The notes under the pieces are model-generated. The model was not told the origin of the DNA, did not search any database, and saw nothing but the letters and a program-made list of their open reading frames with translations. DNA of 64,000 nt, taken from contig CAWJRG010000009.1 of NCBI GenBank assembly GCA_963845185.1, positions 896,001 to 960,000 on the forward strand, read 5' to 3'. Numbering within the stretch: the stretch's first letter is position 1; every line of letters begins with the position of its first letter. This document shows, one piece after another, positions 26,670 through 37,315 of this stretch. The stretch is from an uncultured bacterium (GTDB lineage Bacteria; Oederibacteriota; PGYV01; CAWJRG01). The position numbers and the translations under genes are program-made.

Positions 26670-28985
26670 TTATTCCTTATCCGTTTTTTCTTCTTTTTTG
26701 TCTTCTATTTTTTCTTCTTTAGGTTTAAATTTTAAAAATCCGTCTATATATCTCAACATTGTAATAAGATTTATTCTGAGTTTTTCCGAATCTGATGTTA
26801 AAACAGAATTATATCCGTGGAATTCATTAAGCTGATGTTCCGGTGTAAAGCTTATAATTTTATTTGTAACATGACAGTCTTTTATTAATTGTTCGTGCTC
26901 TTTAATTAAATCGATTCTATTTTCCGTCAATAATATTTGTCTTGAGTTATCAGCGTTTACAATAACTACTGGATTATCCGGTAAAAATTTTTCTCTTATT
27001 TTACTTGCAGTTCCTCCAAACAAATTTCCATTTTCACTTAGTTTTCTAAAAGTTAAATTACTATTCCATTCGGCTAATAATTTTCCAAAAATTGACGGAA
27101 GAGCATTAATTAATTCATTATTTAATTCTATTAAAGCCTCTATATATTTCTCAATGTCCTCTCTGCGATACTTATCCTGATGAGCTTTTAGTCTTAATCC
27201 TTGATATATTTTTATGTATTGAGTATAAGTTGTTTCAACATCATGTCCCCAATTCGTCACTTTCTTTACATGTTTATCTGCTTCGCGCCAGAATTCCGCA
27301 AAGTCTATTTTTTCTATCCTAAAATCCGAAACCAAAGAGTTGCTTATATTGAATACATATTTACAAAATTTTTCAAATTCAGTTATAAATCTATTTTCGA
27401 ATTCTGTTGGAGCATTTAAATTTTCTGGTGGTTCTATGGTTATTTCGCCTATAATTGAATAAGTTTTAATCGGAATATTTATTCCTCTAACCAACACTAA
27501 AGTTTCAGTCTCGTATTTCAACATTTTTAACCTGTGTAAAAATTGATTAAAATCTCGTATTGCAGCTGAAATATTTGAATCATCATTTGGGTCAATAATC
27601 TTTTCTGCAATATTTTTAGACAACAGCATATCCGAATGTTTAAATAACTCACGCTGAATAGATTCGTTTTCTATCCATGCGGAAGGCTTATACAGCATAT
27701 ATTTTTTGAATAATACTGAAATCGCCTTATGTAAATTTGCTTTTGTAGAATCGCTTGCTTCTGATTCTATTATTGCATTATCATTCCTTTCAAAATTCTT
27801 AATTCTATCTTTTATTTTTGTTTTTAAATCAAAAAAATCATTTTTTGCCTCAAAAGCAATAGAACGTTTTATTTTTTCAAGTTCTTTTGTATCAATTTCC
27901 GTTTTTTTCGTTTCTATTATTTCATCAAAATATTCATCTAAATCTTCCCATAAAGGCCGTGATAAAAAATATCGGGAAGTAAAGAATGTATATTCTTTAG
28001 GTCGATATAATTTTGGTTTTTCTTCATCTTCATCTTCTTTTGATCCTTTGGCATTCTTCTCTTCGGAAGTGTGGTAGTCATAAATTTCTTCTCCTCCGAC
28101 AAATATAAATATTGCATCCGATAAGGTAAAGAGGTTTTTAAAAAACTTAAGCACTTCAATAACTTGGTCCGCATCTAGTTTATCCAATTCGTCAATAACA
28201 TATATTAATTTAAGCTTTCTTTGCTTAAATCCTCTATGTATTTGCTCTAAATCGTACTCTAAATTTCCAATACTATTATCAAAAGCATAAAGTTCTTTTG
28301 CCTCGATTTTTGTTTCCTTAATTTCAATCTTTTCTTTACTCCTAATATGTTTTACAGTAACATCAGCAAGAAAAGGTATTGGATATGCAAAAAATAAAGG
28401 TATCAATTTTAGTAAAACGCTATTAGCGTTTAGAGTTAAAACAAAACTTGATAAAGAGAATATCCAACCTATAGAATAAATTACGGTTTGATAATTAAAA
28501 GCTAATTTAAATTCATCAGCAATAATAGTTTGATTTTTCAATTGCTGTTCTTTTTGATATGATTCAAGTATAGAACAATCTCTCGCAACAGCTTTTTTAT
28601 ATAATCTTTCAATGTCATTTTTTAGATCGCCAATATTTCTTTTTGCATTTTGCGATGCAGAATATAATCTACGTATCAAATTTTCAATTATGTTTTTAGG
28701 TTGAATTTTTTTACTAGCTTTTTCGTCCTTTTCGGCTTCCAATTGAGCTGCATTTAATAAAATTACTAGCGTATCGTCTTTAAGTTCACTTAATGATTTA
28801 TAAACCAAAGACGTTTTCCCGACTCCTCGATAACCGCTTATTAAAATTGAGCCTTTTGTTTTCCTTGAAATTTCATTTTTAAATATTGTTAACTCATTGG
28901 CTCTACCTGCAAAATAACCACTTTTTTTATCTTCAGTTGGTGAACTTACATTTGAATCCCAATCCTTTTTTAATGTCAATTTCAT
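26670..28985 (-). CDS. KAP-family-like P-loop NTPase with internal TM hairpin
   Basis: FAGR..E, GYRGVGKTS (Walker A), two hydrophobic helices, LIYVIDELDKL (Walker B); strongly AT-rich. Confidence 0.75.
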   Translation of the reverse strand: MKLTLKKDWDSNVSSPTEDKKSGYFAGRANELTIFKNEISRKTKGSILISGYRGVGKTSLVYKSLSELKDDTLVILLNAAQLEAEKDEKASKKIQPKNIIENLIRRLYSASQNAKRNIGDLKNDIERLYKKAVARDCSILESYQKEQQLKNQTIIADEFKLAFNYQTVIYSIGWIFSLSSFVLTLNANSVLLKLIPLFFAYPIPFLADVTVKHIRSKEKIEIKETKIEAKELYAFDNSIGNLEYDLEQIHRGFKQRKLKLIYVIDELDKLDADQVIEVLKFFKNLFTLSDAIFIFVGGEEIYDYHTSEEKNAKGSKEDEDEEKPKLYRPKEYTFFTSRYFLSRPLWEDLDEYFDEIIETKKTEIDTKELEKIKRSIAFEAKNDFFDLKTKIKDRIKNFERNDNAIIESEASDSTKANLHKAISVLFKKYMLYKPSAWIENESIQRELFKHSDMLLSKNIAEKIIDPNDDSNISAAIRDFNQFLHRLKMLKYETETLVLVRGINIPIKTYSIIGEITIEPPENLNAPTEFENRFITEFEKFCKYVFNISNSLVSDFRIEKIDFAEFWREADKHVKKVTNWGHDVETTYTQYIKIYQGLRLKAHQDKYRREDIEKYIEALIELNNELINALPSIFGKLLAEWNSNLTFRKLSENGNLFGGTASKIREKFLPDNPVVIVNADNSRQILLTENRIDLIKEHEQLIKDCHVTNKIISFTPEHQLNEFHGYNSVLTSDSEKLRINLITMLRYIDGFLKFKPKEEKIEDKKEEKTDKE

Positions 28986-29215
28986 TCCACACCTCTTTTT
29001 ATATATTTGGTTTTAATATATTACTCCATAAGTCCATATTTTACTTCACTGATTTTTTCGTCAAATAATTTCGTTGTATCTAAATAAACTTTATCAGTTT
29101 TTTATTAAACCTTTTGTAAATAAAGTTACTTTTTCTAAATCTGTTAAGTCATCATTCGTGTCCATGAAGCTCTCACCATCCATTATAATTAATTTGTTGC
29201 AATTTATCAAAAATA

Positions 29216-30139
29216 CTATTTGTTGCAATTTTTTAAATCTAACAATGTTCCTGCCTCTTCATCCTCATTAATTTTCATTTGTTTTTTTACTTTTTCAAAA
29301 GTTTTATCAATCTTTAAGGCTTGATCAAAACTTTTCTTAGATTTTATAAAATATTCCTCAGAATGATTGAGACAATCGCATTTATCCATATTTGTTTTCT
29401 TAGAATTATAATAATAACAAGAAGCTATTAAATATTGTGCTACTCCAAGATTAAAATATATATATTTCCCCGAGTTAATATTTTTACTAATACTTCCGTT
29501 GAAATTTTCTTCAGCCTTTTTAAGAATAGCTATGTCGCACATATTATCTCTCGAACCAATTAAAATATATGCTCTCCCTAATGAATTTCTTACCCATTTA
29601 TTTTTTGGATGTAAAATTTTTTCAGCTTCCAATAATTTTGTAGCTTCAACACATTTTTCATATAAATCTGAATTTATATTTCCTATGTTTTCCGCTTCAG
29701 TAATATATATATTTGCTAAGGCTTCAGAATATTGAGAATCACGTTCATTTTCCGGAACCTTATTAAGTTCTTGTAAAGCGTCTTCCCATTTTTCAATTTT
29801 CATATCACAATATGCCATCTTTATTCTAACTTTAGTAACAAGATTCGCTTCGTTTGGAGCAGAAAGATATGCAGCATATCTTTTTAATGCTTCTATATAA
29901 TCACCTCTATTCGACTCAATCATCCCCAACATAACATTAGCAAAATTTAATTCACCGTTTAATTCTAATGCTTTTTTCAACTTAATTTCAGCATTAACGA
30001 AGTCGTTATTTTCAAATAATTTCATTCCCTCATAATAATTATCTAAAGCTGCATCTGTATTTTTTGCAAATAAGTTTATACTTACTAATATTAAAAATAT
30101 TACCACCATATATTTGAGATTATTTTTGACCATAATCAT
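29216..30139 (-). CDS. Secreted TPR-repeat protein
   Basis: Signal peptide and TPR-like helices (LKKALELN, YFNLGVAQY, FDQALKID). Confidence 0.7.
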   Translation of the reverse strand: MIMVKNNLKYMVVIFLILVSINLFAKNTDAALDNYYEGMKLFENNDFVNAEIKLKKALELNGELNFANVMLGMIESNRGDYIEALKRYAAYLSAPNEANLVTKVRIKMAYCDMKIEKWEDALQELNKVPENERDSQYSEALANIYITEAENIGNINSDLYEKCVEATKLLEAEKILHPKNKWVRNSLGRAYILIGSRDNMCDIAILKKAEENFNGSISKNINSGKYIYFNLGVAQYLIASCYYYNSKKTNMDKCDCLNHSEEYFIKSKKSFDQALKIDKTFEKVKKQMKINEDEEAGTLLDLKNCNK

Positions 30140-30506
30140 TGCCCTTTCCTAAATCATCTTCTACCTTTTTTTGGGTTCTATAATCATCAGAATATTTTTC
30201 AAATGCGAAATTAATTTTTTCGCACCATGACAGATTTTTCCATTCTGGGATTTTCTTGCCATAAATTGATTCCTTATATTCAATGTTTTTCAATATTTCT
30301 CTTATCAAATCATCTTTCACAATAACATTTTTACTTATCGAACTTAAAACTTTTTCTTTAAATGGCTCTGCAACAACATATTTATTAACTTCATCGCGAA
30401 TTAGCAAACTTCCTAAAAACCAAATTAATCCTCCACCACCTAATAAAATAGCAATCCACCACTTCCAATCTAATTTGCCCTTATTCCCTTCAATTCCATT
30501 CGGCAT
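30120..30506 (-). CDS. Small single-TM hypothetical protein
   Basis: WKWWIAILLGGGGLIWFLG helix; AAGGAG RBS; overlaps the start of the TPR gene. Confidence 0.65.
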   Translation of the reverse strand: MPNGIEGNKGKLDWKWWIAILLGGGGLIWFLGSLLIRDEVNKYVVAEPFKEKVLSSISKNVIVKDDLIREILKNIEYKESIYGKKIPEWKNLSWCEKINFAFEKYSDDYRTQKKVEDDLGKGNDYGQK

Positions 30507-30557
30507 ATTTTTCTCCTTATTTATTAAATGTATTATGTTTAGCCTATTTATTTACAA

Positions 30558-33498
30558 CTATCTAATGTTTTGTTTCATTTTATTTTCAACTATCTCAATT
30601 TCCGAATCGCTCAATTCATACATTTCATAAAACCCTCTATCAATCTCGTTTTCTAATTCACTAATGCTCGCATCGGGTTTAACTTTTTTTGAAACAATAA
30701 TATTATCAACAGTTTTTTCAATCTTATCTACTATATTTTGATTTTGGGCTGTTATTGGCGGAACCAGGAGCGGCTCAAGCGCCTGGACGCTGACAATCAA
30801 ATCCCCCGTTCCTGTTTTAGGGGCGCTATCAAATAAGAGCATTTGTCCGAGTTTGCTGTTCATATAAGCGCATAGATATTTCAAATGCTCGCCGGTCATA
30901 ATGCACGTGCTGTCCATGCCATATATTTCTTCAGTGTCGTATCCAAAACGGAGAATAGAACCTATTCTTTTCCATATAACTTTTTCTTTCAAAAAATCTT
31001 TATAATATGCAATGGTATCTTGCGTTTCAAACCACTTATTCGTCGTTTCTTTTCTCGCTTTTGTTCCATCTTTTAATGTTTTCCCAGTTTGTTCAAGTTT
31101 TTCTTTCCCGAAACTCAATAGATAATTTTTTACTGCCGGGTAATCATTAATATTCAATTGAAGAAATGGAAAAGTGGCGATTAAATATAAATTTCCCCAC
31201 TTATATCCATACTTTTCTATATCACGTCCACGTAAAATCGGTTTCAATATTTTTTTACTGTTCTTATCTTCTTTAATAAGTTTATCGTAGATTTCTTGAT
31301 TAATTATAAAAGCTTCATTAAAACCTGTTAAAATACCACGATAAATTTCTATTTTCCATTCTTTAAGAGGTTTTCCCGACTTTTCTATTTTCTCGTTTAA
31401 TTTTTGCTCTGCAACATTACCAACAAACCAAGCTTCTTTTCCTAATCCTCCGAGATTATATGAATTTTTTTTAATATAACCAGAGAAATCAACCTCATTA
31501 ATTCTATTTTTCATATGAATTGCCATTGTTTCGTTTGAATTTTTTTTCTTTTGTATAATAAGTATATTTGTGTCAACAGTGGCGCTTTCGAATATTCCAG
31601 GACCAAGGTCTATTAAATGCAATGGATTAAACTTGCTAAAATATCCCCTCAATGCCTCTCCGTAGGCTGCACGCATCCATTTATTCGAAGTGATAAAACT
31701 AAGTATTCCATTTTCTTTAAGAACCTGAATGCCTTTTTCATAAAATAAACAATATATATCACCATTGCTGTCAAAAACTTCATAGTTCTGTTCTTTGTAG
31801 GCTTTATGAAAAGGCGTATCTTTCATCTTTTGAAGTTGAATATAAGGCGGATTCCCGATTACAATATCAAAGCCGCCTTCATCTGCCATTATCTCCTTAA
31901 ACTCTTCTTTCCAATTGAACGGCTTTAATTCATTAAAATTCTCGCCAAAATATCTCATGAAATCAAATTTATCGCCGGAGATTAGGGAATTTCCGCACTT
32001 TATGTTCTTGTCCAGCATGGGCAGGACTGCCGTGCCTTTCACAAAGCCCCATTCGCCGTTAAGCATTTTCAGCATAAGTGATAGTTTCGTAACTTCAACT
32101 GCCTGGTCGTCTATGTCCACGCCGTAAATATGCTCTTTTAAAATCATTGCCTTTTCAGCTACTGTCAACTTTTCCTCGTGGCCCTCGGCCTCTATTGACA
32201 CCTGCCCTGTTTCTTTGTCTTTCTCTTCCCTTTTTGCCACTTTGCCTGCTGTTTGTTTCTTTTTCAATTCCAGATAGTATTTCAGCATTTCATCATACGC
32301 GCGGATAAGGAAGCTTCCTGAGCCGCAGGCAGGGTCTAAAATCCTGAGTTTCTTTGCCTTTGCTTCCGGCAGTTCGCCAAGCAGTTTGCCCACTGTGTTT
32401 TTCACGATATAGTCCACAATATACGCGGGCGTGTAGTAAACCCCGCCGGCCTTGCGGACCTCTGGTTTCAGCTCGTATTTTATGCTGTCTCCGGCGAGTT
32501 TTATGGTATAGCCCAGGTATTGCTCGTATATATTGCCGAGCACCTCGATGGGTATGACATCAAACATATACGGCTCGCATGTTTCCTGCACTATCTTATT
32601 TGCCGCGGTGAATTCAAGCCTCAGGTCTTTTTCCCAGTCCTGCGCCTTGAAAAGGTCGCTGTTGAATACTCCCTCATATTCCCTGAAAATCCCGTTGAGT
32701 ATGTATGTGTAGGTGCTTGTGCCTGTGTTTTCGCCGCGCTCGTCGAAACGCGGCTTCAGCGGCCTTATGCTGACAAGCCCCCTGTCCTCGCAGAACCTGA
32801 TAAAAATAATCCTGTCCAGTATTTTCTGCGTCACTTCCTTTAAAAAACGCGCGTCAGCGTCGCGGTTGTCCGAATGGAACAGTTTTAGGTTTTCCTTATA
32901 AAGGTTTTTGGCAAGGTGCCCGCGCCAGTCCTCAAGGTCCGAAAGTATGTCCTTGTCTACCGCTGTCCTGGCTTTTGGCTTCTGGATGAAAAGCTTTTCA
33001 AGCGCGCCTTCCATAACGCTGGGTTTTGATAACTGCCATAAGTCGTCAAACTTATCCGCATATTCATCCCAGCTTAAGTGTATTTTCAGGCCTTTTTTGG
33101 CAAACCGCACGTCCGGTTTTAATGTCGTATCAAAAAACATGGTGGTTTCAAAGTCGGTAAGCATGACAAAAGGCACATCTTTCCTGTTATAGCAGTATTT
33201 GACCGCCTGCGGGATTGCTTTTTCCAGGTCAGCCTTGAGTGATTTTGCCTCGACAAAGAATACAACCTTATTGTCCAGTTTTATGCCGAAATCAACCCTG
33301 TCCTTTGATATTCTTGTGCTCCAGCGATACTTCGTCGTGGTTTGTTATGTCCCAGCCCAGCACATCGGATAAAAGCGGGTTTATAAAGGAATATTTTGTG
33401 GATTCCTCGTTATAGGCAGCGGTCTTGCCCGCATCAAGCTCCGCCTTGAATTTGGCAACTAGGTCTATAAGTTTTTGCTTTGCCTGTTCTTTAGTCAT
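30558..33498 (-). pseudogene. Type IIG (Eco57I/TaqI-like) fused restriction-modification enzyme with one frameshift near 33313 (real or sequencing error)
   Basis: NEESTKYSFINPLL..LGWD start; shifted frame gives RVDFGIKL..VFFVEAK (nuclease) and runs into the 872-aa ORF with GVYYTP, ILDPACGSGSFL, IVIGNPPY and a C-terminal TRD. Confidence 0.85.
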
Positions 33499-33532
33499 TT
33501 AAACACCTATTCAATAATTTGGAATTCGGGAT

Positions 33533-34630
33533 TCATTTCCCGTATTTAGCCTCATTTTCTTTAAGTAAATAGTTATCCATTTCCTTTTCCATGTCTTTTA
33601 TATCCGGCAGTTTATTTTTTATCTTTGCTGCTGTCTTATACGCCGATATGCCTATCGGTTTCTTTATATCGCGCAGCGAGTACTCTGCTATGACTTTATT
33701 TTTGTCCTTGCATAGTATGATGCCTATTGCCTGGTTGTCTCCGGGTTTATTCAGCAGGCTGTCTATGGCAGTCAGGTAAAAATTCATTTTACCGGCATAT
33801 TCCGGCTTAAACTTTCCGGTTTTTAATTCTATCGCGACATAACAGCGGAGTTCAAGATGATAAAAAAGCAGGTCTATATAAAAATCTTCGCCGCCTGCTT
33901 CCAGATGGTATTGCCTGCCGACATAGGCAAACCCTTTGCCGAGTTCGAGCAAAAACAATGCGAGATGGTTTATTAGCCCGGTTTCGAGCTCTTTTTCAGA
34001 AACCTGTTCAGACATACTTAAAAAGTCAAAAATATAAGGGTCCTTGATGGTTTCATGCGCCAGGTCGGACTGTATCCCCTGAAGCGTCCTGCGAAAATTA
34101 TGAGTTTTGCTGCCGGATACCTGCCTTTTATACAGCCCTGACTCTATCTGATGCACAAGCACATTTCTTGACCAGCCGTTTTCTACAGCTTTTTTCGCGT
34201 ACCAAACACGCTCTTTAATGTCGTCCGATTTATCCATAAGGGCTATATTGTGATACCACGTCATTTGTGCAAGCACTGCTTGCACAAATTCCCGGTTCCT
34301 GTTCTCTTCCGCAAATTTGCGCATATATTTTAAATTGCGTACGGAAAATCCCTTCATATCGGCAAATTCGCGCGACAGGTCAAACGACATCCTGTCGATA
34401 ACTTTCGCGCCCCATCCTTCATTTTCCTGTTTTTGAAGTATTATATTCCCTATTTCCCAATACAAAAATATAAGTTCTTTATTGACTGAAACAACAGCTT
34501 TTTGCCTCGCCTGCAGTATCTTGTTCTTTATATCTTTGATTGCCTTTTCATATGCCTGTACGGTAATATCTTTGTTTTTTCCCGGTTTCATAACCCAATC
34601 CTTTTTGGTTTTATCATCTTTCCAGGCCAT
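33533..34630 (-). CDS. YhcG/DUF1016 PD-(D/E)xK nuclease-domain protein
   Basis: LYWEIG, GFSVRNLKYMRKFA, KDPYIFDFL, FLLELGKGFAYVGRQ, IDLLFYH, IELK, GKMNFYL. Confidence 0.93.
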   Translation of the reverse strand: MAWKDDKTKKDWVMKPGKNKDITVQAYEKAIKDIKNKILQARQKAVVSVNKELIFLYWEIGNIILQKQENEGWGAKVIDRMSFDLSREFADMKGFSVRNLKYMRKFAEENRNREFVQAVLAQMTWYHNIALMDKSDDIKERVWYAKKAVENGWSRNVLVHQIESGLYKRQVSGSKTHNFRRTLQGIQSDLAHETIKDPYIFDFLSMSEQVSEKELETGLINHLALFLLELGKGFAYVGRQYHLEAGGEDFYIDLLFYHLELRCYVAIELKTGKFKPEYAGKMNFYLTAIDSLLNKPGDNQAIGIILCKDKNKVIAEYSLRDIKKPIGISAYKTAAKIKNKLPDIKDMEKEMDNYLLKENEAKYGK

Positions 34631-34727
34631 TATTATACCTCAAAATCCGGCATTAACAATCGATTCGGAAATTTGGGATTTGGAATTTGGCATTCCAAAA
34701 ATTGTCAATAGTCAATACCTCTTGTCT

Positions 34728-34793
34728 GGGTAGTTCTTAATATTAAATGAATTATGGATACTACCCGTCAAATAGTCCACAGGACTATTCAAC
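34728..34793 (-). repeat. Type-C double-hairpin element (reverse orientation)
   Basis: GGGTAG...CTACCC then GTCAAATAGTCCACAGGACTATTCAAC; homologous to 14866-14935 and 38847-38909. Confidence 0.75.
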
Positions 34794-34883
34794 TGCCTTC
34801 GACGGTTTGACAAAACAAACGCTATAAGTTCTCAATTAAAACCTACTACGACCACAAATTCCATTCAGCATGGCCACGGTAAT

Positions 34884-35129
34884 TTATGGTTTCTTTTTAT
34901 ATTCGGACAGAAACCGCCTGTATTTTTCAAGCATGTTTTCGTATTTTTCCGCTATTTCCAGATGGATATTCAGGGATTTCGTTTTCTTATGTTCTTCAAG
35001 CAAGTCCCTGAAGAACTCCGAAGTGTTTTTTCCCTCTTTTTGCGACAGCTCTTCTGCCATTTTCTTTTCCTGGTCATTTACCCTGATTAAAATCATTTTC
35101 ACTTTCCTTAACTTTCCTTTTTCTCTCAT
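34884..35129 (-). CDS. Small ribbon-helix-helix/CopG-like DNA-binding protein
   Basis: KMILIRVNDQEKKMAEELSQKEGKNTSEFFRDLL strand-helix-helix pattern; GAGG RBS. Confidence 0.55.
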   Translation of the reverse strand: MREKGKLRKVKMILIRVNDQEKKMAEELSQKEGKNTSEFFRDLLEEHKKTKSLNIHLEIAEKYENMLEKYRRFLSEYKKKP

Positions 35130-35216
35130 TTTGATAACCTCGTTTGATATTATTTAAATGCCTGATGCCGATATCAATAAATTTTCAATTCTCAATTTTC
35201 AATTTTCAATTAAAAA

Positions 35217-36218
35217 CTACTGCGCCCGCCATACGTCGTTCAAAGCGCCGCTTGCGTTGTCGCCCGCTATCACCCACATTTTGTTGTTAAATACCACGCT
35301 TGTATGCCATGCCCTCGTGCCGAAATCAGCCGCTGATGTCGCCTGCGTCCACGTAATGCCGTCGCCTGAGCTCCATATATCATTCAGGAAATTTCCCGCG
35401 TAAAACCCCGCTATTACCCATATCCTGTTGTTATATACAACGCTCGTATGGCTGTCCCTTGTAATGAAGCCGGCTGCTGCCGTTGCCTGGGTCCATGACA
35501 AACCGTCGCTTGAGTACCATACGTCGCTCGTGTCATTGCCGGTATTATAACTTAGGCCTCCTATGACCCACATCTTATTGTTAAACACCACGCTTGTGTG
35601 GCTGTGCCTTGGCGTAAAGGCCGCGGTCCCGGTCACCTGCGTCCATGCAATACCATCAGTTGTATTCCATACGTCATTGTATTCGTAGGTATAATAATTA
35701 TAACCTGCTATGACCCACATTTTATTGTTATATGAAACAGCCGTGTGAAAGTATCTCGGGCTGAAACCCGCTGCTCCCGTCACCTGTGTCCATGTTTTGC
35801 CGTCGCCCGAGCTCCATACGTCATTAACAAAAGCTCCGGTATTGGATGTATCACCGCCCAAAACCCATATTGAGTTATTATATACGACGCTGGCATGCCC
35901 CATCCTCGGGATAAAGCCAGCTGTCCCTGTCACATTTACCCAGGTTGTTCCGTCTCCTGAGTTCCACACGTCGCTGTAATAAGTCGTCGTCGTGCTGTTG
36001 TAATACGATCCGCCTATTACCCAGACAGCATTGTTAAATACAACGCTGGAATGAGATGCCCTGACGCCGAACAGCGCCGACGCCGTGGCCAGTGCCCATT
36101 TGCCTCCCTGACCCGGAGTTGCTGTCGCCGCAGGCGAAGTCGGCGAGGATTTTTTCGAGCAGTTGGATATAATTAAAATCGCGAAGATAATCAATACAGG
36201 GATTAAAATTTTTTTCAT
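35217..36218 (-). CDS. Kelch-like beta-propeller lipoprotein
   Basis: Lipobox ISNC; six R..H.SVVFNNKMWVIGG...NDVW.S.DG..W units. Confidence 0.85.
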   Translation of the reverse strand: MKKILIPVLIIFAILIISNCSKKSSPTSPAATATPGQGGKWALATASALFGVRASHSSVVFNNAVWVIGGSYYNSTTTTYYSDVWNSGDGTTWVNVTGTAGFIPRMGHASVVYNNSIWVLGGDTSNTGAFVNDVWSSGDGKTWTQVTGAAGFSPRYFHTAVSYNNKMWVIAGYNYYTYEYNDVWNTTDGIAWTQVTGTAAFTPRHSHTSVVFNNKMWVIGGLSYNTGNDTSDVWYSSDGLSWTQATAAAGFITRDSHTSVVYNNRIWVIAGFYAGNFLNDIWSSGDGITWTQATSAADFGTRAWHTSVVFNNKMWVIAGDNASGALNDVWRAQ

Positions 36219-36267
36219 AAAATTTTCACCTCAATTGAGAATTGAAAATTATTAATTGACAATTGTT

Positions 36268-37266
36268 TCACGGGTGGAATTTTTCGATTCTGTTATTAAA
36301 CCCGTCCGCAACATATACGTTGCCGCTGCTATCTATTGCAATTCCGGCAGGGCCATAAAACTGTCCATTGCCGTTTCCATAACTTCCCCATTGCGTTATA
36401 TATGTGCCTGTACTGCTGAATTTTTCTATCCTGTTGTTAGGATTCGCATCTGTAACATACACGTTTTCACTGCTGTCTATTGCTATTCCAATAGGGTTTT
36501 CAAACTGCCCGTTGCCTGTCCCTGCGCTTCCCCATTGTGTTATATACATCCCCGAGCTGCTGAATTTTTGGACTCTGTAATTGGCCTGTTCTACAACATA
36601 TACGTTGCCGCTGCTGGCTGCTGCCACTCCAAGAGGCAGATTAAACTGCCCGTTGCCGCTTCCGGAACTGCCCCATTTTGTTATATACGTGCCTGTACTG
36701 CTAAATTTCTGGATATTGTCATTATAATAGTCTGAGACATACACATTCCCGCTGCTGTCCACTGCCAGGAAAAACGGCCCGGCAAACTGGCCGTTGCCGG
36801 TTCCTTCACTGCCCCATTGTGTTGTATATATGCCTGTACTGCTGAATTCTTGGATTCTGTAATTATCCGTGTCCGCGACATACACATCCCCGCTGCTATC
36901 TAATGCGATTCCTCCTCCTGACGCAACAAAAACATCCATATAAAATTGCCCATTGCCGGTTCCGTAACTGCCCCATTGGTTGATATATGCCCCTGTGCTG
37001 CTGAATTCTTGGATTTTGTTATTACCCGAATCTGAAACATACACGTCTCCGCTGCTGTTTACTGCTATTCCCCACGGGCCGTTAAACTGCCCGTTGCCGC
37101 TTCCGTAACTGCCCCATGCTGTTACAAACATCGCGGTCATAGTCGCTGTCGCATTAGGCGTGTTTGTCGCTGTCGCCGCAGGCGAAGTTGGTAATCGCTT
37201 TTTCGAGCAGTTGGATATGATTAAAATCGCGATGAGGATTAATACTGGGATTAAAATTTTTTTCAT
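36268..37266 (-). CDS. NHL-repeat beta-propeller lipoprotein
   Basis: Lipobox ISNC; six WGS.G.GNGQF..P.GIA.DSSGNVYV.D..N.RI units. Confidence 0.9.
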   Translation of the reverse strand: MKKILIPVLILIAILIISNCSKKRLPTSPAATATNTPNATATMTAMFVTAWGSYGSGNGQFNGPWGIAVNSSGDVYVSDSGNNKIQEFSSTGAYINQWGSYGTGNGQFYMDVFVASGGGIALDSSGDVYVADTDNYRIQEFSSTGIYTTQWGSEGTGNGQFAGPFFLAVDSSGNVYVSDYYNDNIQKFSSTGTYITKWGSSGSGNGQFNLPLGVAAASSGNVYVVEQANYRVQKFSSSGMYITQWGSAGTGNGQFENPIGIAIDSSENVYVTDANPNNRIEKFSSTGTYITQWGSYGNGNGQFYGPAGIAIDSSGNVYVADGFNNRIEKFHP

Positions 37267-37315
37267 AAAATTTTTACCTCAATTGAAAATTGAAAATTAT
37301 TAATTAACAATTGTT

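Noticed and set aside
24396..28985. Gabija system
   Set aside because: The NTPase looks KAP-like with TM helices; no ABC-ATPase/TOPRIM (OLD) motifs were seen, and the two genes differ in composition with a repeat between them.
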